Of a stretch of DNA of 64,000 nt, positions 46,523-55,185 are shown in pieces. The translations under genes were made by a program, and so were the position numbers. This DNA is from Candidatus Dormiibacterota bacterium (lineage in GTDB: Bacteria; Chloroflexota; Dormibacteria; Aeolococcales; Bog-877), in contig DAHVDN010000007.1 in NCBI GenBank assembly GCA_027313505.1, positions 14,110-78,109 on the forward strand, in the 5' to 3' direction. Under the pieces are notes generated by a model. The model had not been told where the DNA came from, searched no databases, and was given only the letters and a program-made list of their open reading frames with translations. Position 1 is the stretch's first letter. Each line of letters starts with the position of its first letter.

Positions 46523-46772
46523 TTGGAGCCGCAGTCGCCGCTGGAACCGGCCGCTTGCGCATGGCGACCGCTTCAGCGGAGAGCCTCTTTGCCTCGGCGG
46601 CCAGCCGCTTCGCCTCCGCGGTGATCACTTGCTGCTGAGTCAGGGCATGTTGACTGGAAGCCGCCGGGCTTGCAGCGGCAGTCCCGGGCGCCGCTGCCAA
46701 TGCAGCGGCCCCACCAGCCGCTGCCCCGACCACAGCGGCGGCCGTTGCGATCAAGCGACGTCGAGAAACCAT
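46452..46772 (-). CDS. Tat-signal mini-protein B with C-terminal VHTTTGASG (putative ApbE flavinylation site)
   Basis: MVSRRRLIATAAAVVGAAAGGAAALAAAPG (S-R-R-x-L-I Tat motif), QQQVITAEAKRLAAEAKRLSAEA helix, APIVHTTTGASGSSSGDGGGSGGDN tail. Confidence 0.5.
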   Translation of the reverse strand: MVSRRRLIATAAAVVGAAAGGAAALAAAPGTAAASPAASSQHALTQQQVITAEAKRLAAEAKRLSAEAVAMRKRPVPAATAAPIVHTTTGASGSSSGDGGGSGGDN

Positions 46773-47058
46773 GCCTGCGACCTCCTACTTCTATGAACCC
46801 TGCTTAGCGTAGCCGTCGATCGATGACGAAGCGGTGACGAGTAGATGAGAGTTGTCTTATTCCAAAGTGCCAGGGCCGAGTGACGAAAGGCGTCGGTGGA
46901 CGCCGCTAGGCATCAGCAAATCAAGCTAAAAAGATGGGCATTTGATGAGCGCCATCGTGGGGGAAGTCCAGCTAGGATCGGCTTGCGACCGCCCTTCGCT
47001 GTTTCCCAGAATGACTCCAGTGCCGCCGGGTGCGCGATCCATCGTCTATGGTGGGACG

Positions 47059-47466
47059 ATGCTCACTGGCACGGCCGGACTGCGTACCCTGCTGCGCCGG
47101 GCCGCCGGCGTTGGGGCCGGGCTCGCAGCAGTGGTCGTGGTAAGCGCCGCAGCTGCGGCGACTCTCGGACCCAGCTCGAACAGCAGCCACATCGCCCAGC
47201 GGCAGGTTGTCCTAGGGGGCGCAGCGCCGGCGCCGGGCCAACTTGCTACCGCCCCAAAGCCACGGGTCGGCGTCGACAAGGGGACTGCGGTGCGGGTGGT
47301 GCCGCCGTTCGAGCCAGTTATCCAAAGTGAGCCCTCCCAGCCCGTGGAGACAGGTTCAGACACCTCAGGAGGGACCGGCCAGTCGAGCGACGCCACCCCA
47401 AGCCCGGAGTCGAGCGGGTCCTCCCCTGGTCAATCCACACCGAGTCCATCCGGCGCTGACGGGTAA
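47059..47466 (+). CDS. Secreted low-complexity protein upstream of the sensor kinase
   Basis: MLTGTAGLRTLLRRAAGVGAGLAAVVVVSAAAAA signal, then a Pro/Ser/Gly-rich C-terminus. Stop lies 5 nt before the HK start. Confidence 0.4.
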   Translation: MLTGTAGLRTLLRRAAGVGAGLAAVVVVSAAAAATLGPSSNSSHIAQRQVVLGGAAPAPGQLATAPKPRVGVDKGTAVRVVPPFEPVIQSEPSQPVETGSDTSGGTGQSSDATPSPESSGSSPGQSTPSPSGADG

Positions 47467-47470
47467 GCGT

Positions 47471-48943
47471 GTGGCCGAATCACTAGTCCTGGAACCCACT
47501 GAACGTACAAGTCGGCGGTGGCGGCCGGGGCTGGCGGTCCGGTTGGCGGCCTTGCATGCCGGAATTCTTACAGTGGTGCTGGTCGCGGTAGGCATCCAGG
47601 TGGACAGAATTGTGGCCGGTAATCTCCTCGCCAGTGTCAACACCGGTCTGGTAGAAGAGCTCGCCGAATACGGCAACGCGGCCGCCCACAGGGTTAACGG
47701 CACCCCCTTGGTGACCTTCGATCAGAGCTACCTGCGTTCCCACCAACTTCCAAGTGGGCACGCCGTCCTGCTTGCCGTAGCAAGAGGTGCCGCGCCCCCC
47801 CGTGGTGCGATCCTGGGAAGCTCGGGCTCGAATCAAATCCGGAGCTCTCCGCTGGTGGCAAACTGGTTGAACCACATTCCAAATCAAAGCCTTTTCGGCC
47901 AGATCACGGCCGGCGGCGTGAGCTACCGGGTGTTGGTCAGCCCTGTGCTCAGCGGCGGCCAGGTCGTCGGCGCCTTCATCGCAAGTGCTGACCTGACCGG
48001 TGTGTCTCAGGCGGTAGCCAGCCAGCTGGTGGCCGTCATCGTGGAGGGAGCGGTTGCCCTGATCGCTGCCGTCCTGACTGCCTACCTGCTGCTGCGCCGA
48101 GTCTTGAGGGTGGTGGACGGGGTCACCACCACCGCTGCGGATATCAGCGAATCCGACCTCACACGCCGCTTAGCGTACCGGGGCCCGGATGACGAGGTGG
48201 GCCGTCTGGCACGAACCTTTGACCGAATGTTGGAACGGCTCTCTGCTAGTTTCGCCGGCCAGCGACGTCTACTCGCGGATGTCTCCCACCAATTGAGGAC
48301 TCCGCTGACTGTCATCAGGGGCCACCTAGAGCTCCTGCTACGCGACGGGACCTCCGATGCTGACGAGGTGGCCGGCACTCTCGCCGTAGTTCTCGACGAG
48401 TTGGATGGGACGGCCCTTCTCGTGGATCGCCTACTCTTGCTGGGACGAGCATTGGAGCCAGAGTTTCTCGAGGAGGAGCCAATCGCGTTGGGCTCATTCC
48501 TGGCAGACATCCTCGATGCCGGGGAGGTCCTGGGCGACCGGAACTGGGTGTTGCGACCGGTCCCCCCCGTGGGCGTGTTCGGGGACCGCACCAAGCTCCG
48601 CGGTGCATTGCTGAACCTGATAGACAACGCCGTCAAGGCCACCAAGCCCGACGACACGATCGCGCTTGAGGCACGGATTTCCGGCCATGTCCTCACGCTG
48701 ACCGTCAGCGACACCGGCGTAGGGATCGAGCCCGAGATCCGAGACTCGGTCTTCGATCGATTCGTAGCCGGGAGGGCTGGGGGGCCACGCGGAACGGGGC
48801 TTGGCCTGGCAATCGTCCGCGCGGTCGTCGAGGCGCACGGTGGTCAGGTCACTCTGGAAAGTTCGCCTGGCCGAGGGTGCAGTATCGAGATCACCCTGCC
48901 CGCCAACCGAATAATCCCCTCCGGTGAAGGGGCCAGCAGTTGA
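47471..48943 (+). CDS. Two-component sensor histidine kinase
   Basis: Two TM helices and a periplasmic loop, a HAMP domain, H-box LADVSHQLRTPLT, and G-boxes DTGVGIE / GTGLGLAIV. GTG start at 47471. Confidence 0.85.
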   Translation: MAESLVLEPTERTSRRWRPGLAVRLAALHAGILTVVLVAVGIQVDRIVAGNLLASVNTGLVEELAEYGNAAAHRVNGTPLVTFDQSYLRSHQLPSGHAVLLAVARGAAPPRGAILGSSGSNQIRSSPLVANWLNHIPNQSLFGQITAGGVSYRVLVSPVLSGGQVVGAFIASADLTGVSQAVASQLVAVIVEGAVALIAAVLTAYLLLRRVLRVVDGVTTTAADISESDLTRRLAYRGPDDEVGRLARTFDRMLERLSASFAGQRRLLADVSHQLRTPLTVIRGHLELLLRDGTSDADEVAGTLAVVLDELDGTALLVDRLLLLGRALEPEFLEEEPIALGSFLADILDAGEVLGDRNWVLRPVPPVGVFGDRTKLRGALLNLIDNAVKATKPDDTIALEARISGHVLTLTVSDTGVGIEPEIRDSVFDRFVAGRAGGPRGTGLGLAIVRAVVEAHGGQVTLESSPGRGCSIEITLPANRIIPSGEGASS

Positions 48944-49617
48944 AAATTCTGATCACTGAAGACGACGCGCGGATTGCCAACTTCGTCGCGAAGGGCCTGC
49001 GGGCCGAGGGGTACGTGACCGTTGTGGCTTCGACTGGGGCCGAGGCTCTACTCCTCATCCAAATCCGGGACGAGAGCCCCGACCTGGTGCTGCTCGACCT
49101 CGGCCTGCCCGACCAGGATGGCCTCACGGTTCTGCGCAAGATGCGTGGAGTTCGACCAGAGTTGCCCGTTATCATCCTCACCGCTCGGCGCGAGCTGGGT
49201 GAGAAGGTCCGGGGCTTAGACGCCGGGGCAAGGGACTACGTGACCAAGCCATTCGCCTTCGAGGAGTTGCTGGCACGAATCCGGGCGACTCTGCGCGACC
49301 GTGACCAGGAGACTTTGACCACCCTGGTGGTCGGCGATCTTCGGCTTGACCTGCAGACTAAGATTGCCTGGCGCGGGGAGCGCCGGATTGAGCTCGCTCG
49401 GCGAGAGTGGGCGCTCCTGGAATTACTCATGCGCAACCCGACCAAGCTGCTGTCTCGAATGCAAATTCTCAACCAGGTGTGGGACTATGGCTTCGACCCC
49501 GGCAGTAACGTGGTGGATGTCTACGTGGGCTACCTACGGCGCAAGGTCAACGGACCCGGCGAGACGCAGCTCATCCAGACGGTCCGAGGCGCGGGGTACC
49601 GACTGACGCCACCCTGA
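48940..49617 (+). CDS. OmpR-family response regulator
   Basis: Receiver domain (DD...D...K pattern) plus a winged-helix C-terminus ending GAGYRL. TTG start overlaps the HK stop (TTGA). Confidence 0.9.
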   Translation: MKILITEDDARIANFVAKGLRAEGYVTVVASTGAEALLLIQIRDESPDLVLLDLGLPDQDGLTVLRKMRGVRPELPVIILTARRELGEKVRGLDAGARDYVTKPFAFEELLARIRATLRDRDQETLTTLVVGDLRLDLQTKIAWRGERRIELARREWALLELLMRNPTKLLSRMQILNQVWDYGFDPGSNVVDVYVGYLRRKVNGPGETQLIQTVRGAGYRLTPP

Positions 49618-50155
49618 GTTGATGCGGATTTTTGGCCAGAAGGGTCCCCCAATCTCACACATTTGCCGCCCCGGGATCCGAAATCGCAGGACCCCTGGGG
49701 TAGGTGGGGGAGTGTCGGGAAGGCTGGGGTTTAGGCGTCCTCCAAGGGGGCCTGTCCCAAACGATCGATTGATTGGATTGAGGGAGTGTTGGCACTCGAA
49801 AGTCAGCGTGGCGAACCACAACCCTGGCCCCTTTTGTGAGGTGACGTTGCACCACCTGAAGTGAGCGGTCGGCGGAGCTCGCGTCGAGGCTCGACCATCG
49901 ATGACGTAGATGACCCGATGGCAAGCCGATCTGGTCATTTGAGCTGAGCGCGGAACGGAGGTGCGCCGCAGCAAGTTGGTGCTCGGTTCCGCGGAGAGCA
50001 CAGCCTCTTTGCCGACGCATCATGTCCCAGCTCGTTCTCGGCGGACCACTTCGGTTAAGAGAACTCTCATCGCAAGGTCATCTGTCGTTCACGGCGCAGA
50101 CGCAAGCTAAACGTATGCCTCGGGCTTCCGGGACACGCAAATGTGGAGGATTGAG

Positions 50156-50740
50156 ATGAAGGACACGCTGATGAGGTGGCCCCTGATTGGGGCCGCCGCA
50201 ACCGCTGCCGCTGTGGCAGGCGCCGCCGCGGTGGCAGCTGCGGGAGCGCTACCGACCCCCGCGGCACCCACTCTTCACAACGTGAAGACCGCAAGTTACA
50301 CTGCGAACTGCCCAACAGGACTGCCCGGTGCGGCTGACACTGCTGCGCTCAGCTGGGTCGATGTCCACGCCGGCGGGACCGGACCGGCCGGAGTAGTCAA
50401 GACCGAGGCCGATGTCGAGAAGGGAGTCTGCGTCTTCGACGTTCGGACCATGGCTCCTAATGGGACGATCTGGGTCGTTCAGGTACGCCGAAGTGCCGTA
50501 GCCGCAAGCGAGGTCGTACTCTCTGCGAACCTGGCCGAGGGCTCGCCCGCCGCCATCCCGGCCACCAGTCCTGCGCCGTCGGTCGCGCCCACCCCGGAGG
50601 CGAATAACACCCCGCAACCAGCTGAAACGCCCCAGCCCGAGGAGAGCGCCAAGGCGACAGAGACTCCGCAGGCCCCTGAAAGCCCTCAACCGGACGCCAC
50701 CCCTAAGCCGAGCCAGTCGCCGGGTGGTAGCGACAATTAG
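50156..50740 (+). CDS. Secreted protein with signal peptide and Pro/Glu/Thr-rich C-terminal tail
   Basis: GGAGGA RBS 7 nt before the ATG. MKDTLMRWPLIGAAATAAAVAGAAAVAAAGA signal, a globular middle with two Cys, and a PQPAETPQPEES tail. Confidence 0.6.
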   Translation: MKDTLMRWPLIGAAATAAAVAGAAAVAAAGALPTPAAPTLHNVKTASYTANCPTGLPGAADTAALSWVDVHAGGTGPAGVVKTEADVEKGVCVFDVRTMAPNGTIWVVQVRRSAVAASEVVLSANLAEGSPAAIPATSPAPSVAPTPEANNTPQPAETPQPEESAKATETPQAPESPQPDATPKPSQSPGGSDN

Positions 50741-50864
50741 CCCGGCTGTCACCCAGGTTCGCCTTGGGCGCCTGGATTGGGCAGTTTGGGAGGTGCGCTC
50801 CGGGTAGGGGGTCTCTGGACGGCACGATTTGCCGGTACCCAGAGGGGTGTCGGCGTCCTGATGA

Positions 50865-50901
50865 GGTCCCCTCACGATTGACGATCGGTCGTGAGGGGAC
50901 C
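50865..50901. repeat. Perfect 13-bp inverted repeat (GGTCCCCTCACGA / TCGTGAGGGGACC) with 11-nt loop containing CGATCG
   Basis: Read directly from the sequence, ~125 nt downstream of the secreted-protein gene. No U-tract follows. Confidence 0.6.
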
Positions 50902-51732
50902 GGGCCGGCCGTGTCGAGCGACCGAGAGCTGAGTTCGGACGACCAAACCAGGTCGGGAGCTTTGTGGGCTGCCGACCTGGCTCCCCGGGTAGGTCGGCAG
51001 GAACCGCAAGATCGGTCAGCCGGGGCCCGGAAGGATTCGTGGTCTCTTCCTCGGCTCCCATGGTGTCGCCCCCTGCGGGAAGCGGGCCAAGGACGGTTTG
51101 CCTCCGGCGAGGTGCCCGTCCCCGGTCCTTCATTTGCCAAATGGTCAGCGCTGCTTTGGCAGCTTCCCACCGATGCCGATGGGCTCGCTGTCAAGAACCT
51201 ACGGCAGGCGGCCGGCAAGTGGACCATATGGTCGGTCCCAGTGATCTCCTGGACACGTCGAAGCGAAGAGCTATGAGGCGTCGAGACCGAGGGCAAGGGC
51301 AGGACAGTCCTCGCAGAGTTGAGGGCTGACTGCTGAACGCTCCCGGAGGAGACCACCAACCCCTTGATGGCATGGGTCAGGCGCGAGTTGTCAACACACC
51401 GGGATAAGGAGCATTCACAACCTTGCCGGCAAAGCACACCCGATGCCTTCGTCGGAGATTATTCGAGGCCACCGAGTGCCCACTTCCAACAGTTGGCGGC
51501 TAGGAGGATGTGCGCCAATGGGAGTTCAATAGGGTCCCGTTTCCTTGAATATGTTCACCGTGTCCGGTCAGCCGCGGCCGCGGCCGCAACTTGGCAGACG
51601 ACCCATAGACCGCCCACGGGCCCTGACGCAAACGTAAGCTTTGTCGGTAGCGGGACACCAGCGGTTCTTGGAGTCGGTCAGGAAGGTCCGGCCCTTGTAG
51701 TCGAGCGCCGGTCCTGACCTAAGATTGGCGCC

Positions 51733-52497
51733 GTGCGCCTTCACCCCAGTGCCCGGGTCGGCTTCGCCGCCGCCGCTACCGAATACGAGCGTGGACGGCC
51801 GGACTACCCGGTGGCGGCGGTGGAATGGCTGTCAGCCCAGCTCGCTCTCGGGCCTGAGAAGACTGTCCTGGACCTGGGGGCAGGAACCGGCAAGCTGACC
51901 AGAGCGCTGGGATCCTCGGGAGCGAGAATCATCGCTCTCGAACCAATCTCAGAGATGGCCACGGTCATCAAGCACGCAGCGCCCCAGGCCAGAGTGGTCA
52001 CAGCGACCGCGGAGCACACCGGAATCGCCTCCTCCTCAGTGGACGCGGCCACCGCGGGTCAGGCCTTCCACTGGTTCGCGAACTCAGAGGCTCTGCGCGA
52101 GATCCACCGGGTTCTTCGACCCCGTGGTGGACTGGGACTGATCTGGAACCGCCGCGACCCAGGAGACCCCTTGTGGGCGGAGATCGACCATCTGGTCGAA
52201 CCCCTGCGCCTGACTGAACCCGCCTATCGTGATCACGCTTGGCGCCCGGTCCTTGAGAACAGCGGTCTGTTCTCTACATTGGTTGCCGAGACCTTCATCC
52301 ACCGGCCCTCGGTGACTCTCGACCAGCTTGTTGACCGCGTTTTGTCCATCAGCTATGTCGCCTGTCGGCCGAAGACGGACCGGGAGCTGATTGCAGAGCA
52401 GGTCGCGAAGCTGGGACAAAGTTACTCCGGATTCGAGGATGGCCGCGTGATTCTCCCTTACTCGACAGAGGCGTGGGTGGCATTCGCGATTGACTAG
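51733..52497 (+). CDS. Class I SAM-dependent methyltransferase
   Basis: VLDLGAGTGKLT (motif I), IIALEP (motif II region). Confidence 0.85.
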   Translation: MRLHPSARVGFAAAATEYERGRPDYPVAAVEWLSAQLALGPEKTVLDLGAGTGKLTRALGSSGARIIALEPISEMATVIKHAAPQARVVTATAEHTGIASSSVDAATAGQAFHWFANSEALREIHRVLRPRGGLGLIWNRRDPGDPLWAEIDHLVEPLRLTEPAYRDHAWRPVLENSGLFSTLVAETFIHRPSVTLDQLVDRVLSISYVACRPKTDRELIAEQVAKLGQSYSGFEDGRVILPYSTEAWVAFAID

Positions 52498-52897
52498 CGA
52501 GCCGAAGGAATCCCCGGACCTGCCCCTTCCAGCATCATTCCTGAAGCTGCTCGTCGACCGTGAGGAGCTGTTGGTGAGCTCCAGGGGACCAGCCGGTAGC
52601 GGAACGGTGCGAATGTGGTTTGCGGTCTCGCCAGATGGACATCTGTACCTGCTCACGCCGTCATACTCGATCAAAGCTCAACGCTGGCTGGAGGACCCGT
52701 GGGTAAGGCTGACAGTGCCCGATGGTGGACCCAGCGTGGAGGGCACGGTCACCAGGTTAGGCGCTGAAGACTCGGAGGTGCATTCCGATCTGCTCGTATC
52801 TCACTTCGGGATGGCGGGAGCCACCACCAGGGAGGCCCTACGGTGGATGGTCGAGTCGGGGTCGCACCTGCTTCTCCTGGTCAGCGGGAAGGGTTAG
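52490..52897 (+). CDS. PPOX-class (pyridoxamine 5'-phosphate oxidase-like) FMN/F420-binding split-barrel protein
   Basis: SSRGPAGSGTVRMWFAVSPDGHLYLLT resembles the PNPOx-like core; 8-nt overlap with the methyltransferase gene. Confidence 0.55.
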   Translation: MTSEPKESPDLPLPASFLKLLVDREELLVSSRGPAGSGTVRMWFAVSPDGHLYLLTPSYSIKAQRWLEDPWVRLTVPDGGPSVEGTVTRLGAEDSEVHSDLLVSHFGMAGATTREALRWMVESGSHLLLLVSGKG

Positions 52898-54168
52898 AGA
52901 GCGGCTCCATCAACGTCGAGCACCGCCTGAAGCAGCGCCTTCGCCCCAAGAGTGACCTCCCAAGGGTCGCTCCACTCTTCGGGGCAGTGACTGCGCCCGT
53001 CCCGCGAAGGGATGAAGAGCATGGCAATGGGCGCGATCCGGGCGATATGGGCTGCATCGTGGCTCGCCCCTGAGGGCAGCTCCAGTGGAACAGTTCCGAC
53101 TCGAGCTGCGGACTGGCTCAGAATCCGCCTCAGCCTGGGATCGCAAGGCACCGGGTCCCCTTGGGAGACCCATTGGACGGTGACGGCCAAGCTTCGCGAG
53201 CTGGCCACGCGCCCAGCGAGTGTCTCGAGATCAGTGGAGCGATTCCGAAGCCAAGTCTCGAAGACGCTCCTTAGCTCAACATTGAGCAGCGCCCGAGCCG
53301 GAACCACGTTTGTGGAGTTCGGCTCTACCAACAGCCGGCCGGCGGTGGCCACCCCGTCCTCGTCCGCCTCCTGGACTCGTCCGATGACTTCGGTCCCGAG
53401 GACAAGTTCGGCCGCCCCCTGAAGGGCGTCTCGGCGCAGGTCCATGGGGGTTGTCCCAGCATGGTCCGCTCGTCCCTCGATGTCGATGCTGGCCCGGCTG
53501 ATCCCGGCTATGCAGGTCACGACGCCGATCTGGCGACCAGCTCTTTCGAGCCGAGCCCCCTGCTCTATGTGGAGCTCCAAATAGGCATGGAGAGATCCAT
53601 CGGGCCAGCGCGTAGACGCCAGCTCATCTGGTCGGCAGCCCGAAGTGCGAAGCGCGTCGCCGAGTGAGGCACCTGTTTCATCGCGCAGTGCCAGGTGCTC
53701 CGCTGTCAGGTGGCCGGTGACCGCCCGACTGCCGAGACAGCTGATACCGAACTGGTTGGGCTCTTCCCCGAGGAAGTCCACGATCCAAAGTGGGTGGCGC
53801 AGCGCGCCGCCGTGGCCTGCAAGTATGCGAGCGACCTCCACTGCAGCCACAACTCCGACCATGCCATCGAAGCGCCCACCGGCCGACACGGTGTCGGAGT
53901 GCGAACCCACCACCAGCGGAGGCAGTTCGGGGTCACCCCCTCCCAGCTTGCCGATGAGGTTCCCAGCAGGATCCAGCGTAACCGCCAGTCCCGCCACCTG
54001 CATCATCGTTTTGACCAGGGCGCGCGACTGCTTATAGGCGTCGCTGAATACCCGACGCGTCCAACCGGGTTGACCATCCTCCACAAGAGTGGACAGCTCC
54101 ATCAAGGCTGTCCACAGCCGAGGCTCCGACGGTTCGCCCAGCGATAAGGGCGCAGGGGATGGGGACAC
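52894..54168 (-). CDS. M20-family Zn-dependent amidohydrolase (allantoate amidohydrolase / N-carbamoyl-amino-acid hydrolase-like)
   Basis: GSHSDTV, DGMVGVVAAVE and HAYLELHIEQG metal-binding blocks typical of the M20 amidase/hydantoinase branch. Confidence 0.8.
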   Translation of the reverse strand: MSPSPAPLSLGEPSEPRLWTALMELSTLVEDGQPGWTRRVFSDAYKQSRALVKTMMQVAGLAVTLDPAGNLIGKLGGGDPELPPLVVGSHSDTVSAGGRFDGMVGVVAAVEVARILAGHGGALRHPLWIVDFLGEEPNQFGISCLGSRAVTGHLTAEHLALRDETGASLGDALRTSGCRPDELASTRWPDGSLHAYLELHIEQGARLERAGRQIGVVTCIAGISRASIDIEGRADHAGTTPMDLRRDALQGAAELVLGTEVIGRVQEADEDGVATAGRLLVEPNSTNVVPARALLNVELRSVFETWLRNRSTDLETLAGRVASSRSLAVTVQWVSQGDPVPCDPRLRRILSQSAARVGTVPLELPSGASHDAAHIARIAPIAMLFIPSRDGRSHCPEEWSDPWEVTLGAKALLQAVLDVDGAAL

Positions 54169-54205
54169 GGCAGTTCACGCTAACACCCCGGCCAGCTTGT
54201 GAGCG

Positions 54206-54784
54206 GTGCCCCAAATCTGCTTTGATGCTCCGGTGCCAGATCGCCGAGACGCCGTCGCGCTACTCCACCAACACACCAAGGGCGAGAGCCTCCGCCGCCA
54301 CGGCTTGGCGGTCGAGGCGGTCATGCGGGCTGCGGCCGAGCGCTCCGGTGGCGACCAGGAGCTCTGGGGCGTAACCGGACTTCTCCACGATTTCGACTAC
54401 GAGAGCCATCCCGACGAGCACCCCTTCTGGGGCCGACCAGTACTGGAGGCCGCCGGCTACCCCCAAGAGGTGGTGACTGCCATCCAGGGACACGCCAACT
54501 TCAGTGGAGTGCCCCGGGAGACGCCAATGGCGAAATGGCTCTTTGCGCTGGACGAGCTCACTGGTTTCTTGATGGCGGTAGCGATGGTGCAACCCGGGAG
54601 GGAGATGGCGGCAGTGCGCTTCCCATCGGTACGGAAGAAGCTGAAAGACAAGGCTTTCGCCCGTAGCGTGAACCGCCAGGACATTCTCCAGGGAGCGGCC
54701 GAGCTCGAAGTCGAGCTAGAGGAGCTGGTCGGTATGGCGGTTTCGGCGCTGACCCCTATCGCGCCCGAGCTGGGGCTGGGCTGA
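54206..54784 (+). CDS. HD-domain phosphohydrolase
   Basis: H...HD...D pattern (RRHGLAVE...LLHDFDYESHPDEH). Confidence 0.65.
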   Translation: MPQICFDAPVPDRRDAVALLHQHTKGESLRRHGLAVEAVMRAAAERSGGDQELWGVTGLLHDFDYESHPDEHPFWGRPVLEAAGYPQEVVTAIQGHANFSGVPRETPMAKWLFALDELTGFLMAVAMVQPGREMAAVRFPSVRKKLKDKAFARSVNRQDILQGAAELEVELEELVGMAVSALTPIAPELGLG

Positions 54785-54939
54785 GGGGCAGTCCGGGGCG
54801 CCAGTTTCAGCTGCCAGAGTCGAATCCCGGATTGGTGGTGCTGCTCGTCGCGGCGCCCGCGTCAGCTGGTCTTTCAGCTCGAGAATCCTGGAGCCAGGGC
54901 GCGCCGGGTTTGCCTATACTCGGGGTCCGACCTCGATCC

Positions 54940-55032
54940 GGGGAGGTGGCTGAGTGGCCGAAAGCGCCCGCCTGCTAAGCGGGTGACGGGGCTTAACCTC
55001 GTCCGAGGGTTCGAATCCCTCCCTTCCCGCCA
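54940..55032 (+). tRNA. tRNA-Ser (anticodon GCU)
   Basis: GGGGAGG acceptor, 3-bp D stem, anticodon arm CCCGC-CTGCTAA-GCGGG, long variable arm, T loop TTCGAAT, CCA encoded. Confidence 0.9.
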
Positions 55033-55185
55033 CGGTGATACCGGGGCTGGACTTTTGAGGACGGGTTTAAGAGGGGGCGAGGCTCGGCCCCCATTCTGAC
55101 CCGAACGGCGGGCCGGAATACTGCCGGGTGCAACTTCCAAGACCCTCCTTGCGACCGGGTTCTCTCGGACCTCTCCTGGTGGGGT

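Noticed and set aside
50249-51437. Several 170-300-aa ORFs in both strands of the 50.7-51.7 kb gap
   Set aside because: All are Arg/Pro/Gly-dominated with no motifs and mutually overlapping; treated as non-coding (see finding on this region).
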